From: an uncultured Faecalitalea sp.
GTDB lineage: Bacteria > Bacillota_I > Bacilli_A > Erysipelotrichales > Erysipelotrichaceae
NCBI GenBank assembly: GCA_946539765.1
Contig: CAMNHO010000001.1
Span: 54,773-118,772 of the forward strand
Reading direction: 5' to 3'
DNA: 64,000 bases
Shown here: positions 63,953 through 64,000 of the stretch, in pieces
How positions within the stretch are numbered: the first letter of the stretch is position 1
How the letters are laid out: every line of letters starts with the position of its first letter
The notes under the pieces: generated by a model
What the model was told of the DNA's origin: nothing
Database searches by the model: none
The model's input: the letters and a program-made list of their open reading frames with translations, nothing else
Program-made: the position numbers and the translations under genes

Positions 63953-64000
63953 ATGGATATATTAAACCGATTGGAAACGTATGCAAAGGTTCTGAGCCAG
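63953..64000 (+). CDS. 5' end of a CDS running off the window (unidentified)
   Basis: The ATG at 63953 is preceded by AGGAG. Only 16 codons are visible (MDILNRLETYAKVLSQ). Confidence 0.3.
   Translation, partial: MDILNRLETYAKVLSQ

Noticed and set aside
1-64000. CRISPR arrays, IS elements or transposases, prophage genes, rRNA
   Set aside because: I saw no regularly spaced short repeats and no transposase, integrase or recombinase-like ORFs. I saw no terminal inverted repeats and no rRNA-like sequence. The only RNA gene I can support is tRNA-Leu.

Overview
This is a 64-kb chromosomal segment from a low-GC Gram-positive (Bacillota-type) genome. The gene content (FemAB, sortase B, SLH protein, HU, Maf, MurG, asd/thr genes) supports that placement, but the species cannot be determined from sequence alone. 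Layout: (1) 0.2-23.6 kb is one very large same-strand cell-surface glycopolymer locus. It holds rfbD, a priming sugar-phosphate transferase, glf, several GT2 and other glycosyltransferases, three paralogous Wzy-like polymerases and two Wzx-like flippases. It also holds a Wzz-like protein with a degenerate kinase tail, an IspD/TarI-like cytidylyltransferase, TagF-like and Stealth phosphotransferases, a pyruvyl transferase and an O-acyltransferase. (2) 23.6-28.3 kb (minus strand) is the most unusual part: a LytTR/HPK10-type two-component locus. The response regulator is frameshifted. The kinase carries an in-frame TAA and has no canonical H-box. Four tightly stacked paralogous ORFs follow, each with its own Shine-Dalgarno site, and each encodes a multi-pass membrane domain plus an RHDxxN H-box but no ATPase domain. 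(3) 28.5-33.9 kb holds a small HTH protein, a secreted-protein pseudogene, and a GT2 plus CsaB-like pyruvyl transferase pair divergent from an LRR/Big_2/3xSLH surface protein. (4) 33.9-37.8 kb holds a DeoC-like aldolase, a glycyl radical enzyme with no adjacent activase, and a DeoR regulator. (5) 37.9-64 kb is mostly housekeeping. It includes a PhzF-like pseudogene, azlCD, rlmD, tRNA-Leu(GAG) and a small hypothetical membrane/His-rich protein operon. It continues with an NlpC/P60 protein, FemAB, asd, aspartokinase, thrC, thrB, maf, hup, a CBS-pyrophosphatase and pepT. It ends with a tandem DUF1307-like lipoprotein array, malic enzyme, patatin, srtB and murG. I saw no transposase, integrase, CRISPR array or rRNA. 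All family assignments come from motif recognition by eye, not from database searches.
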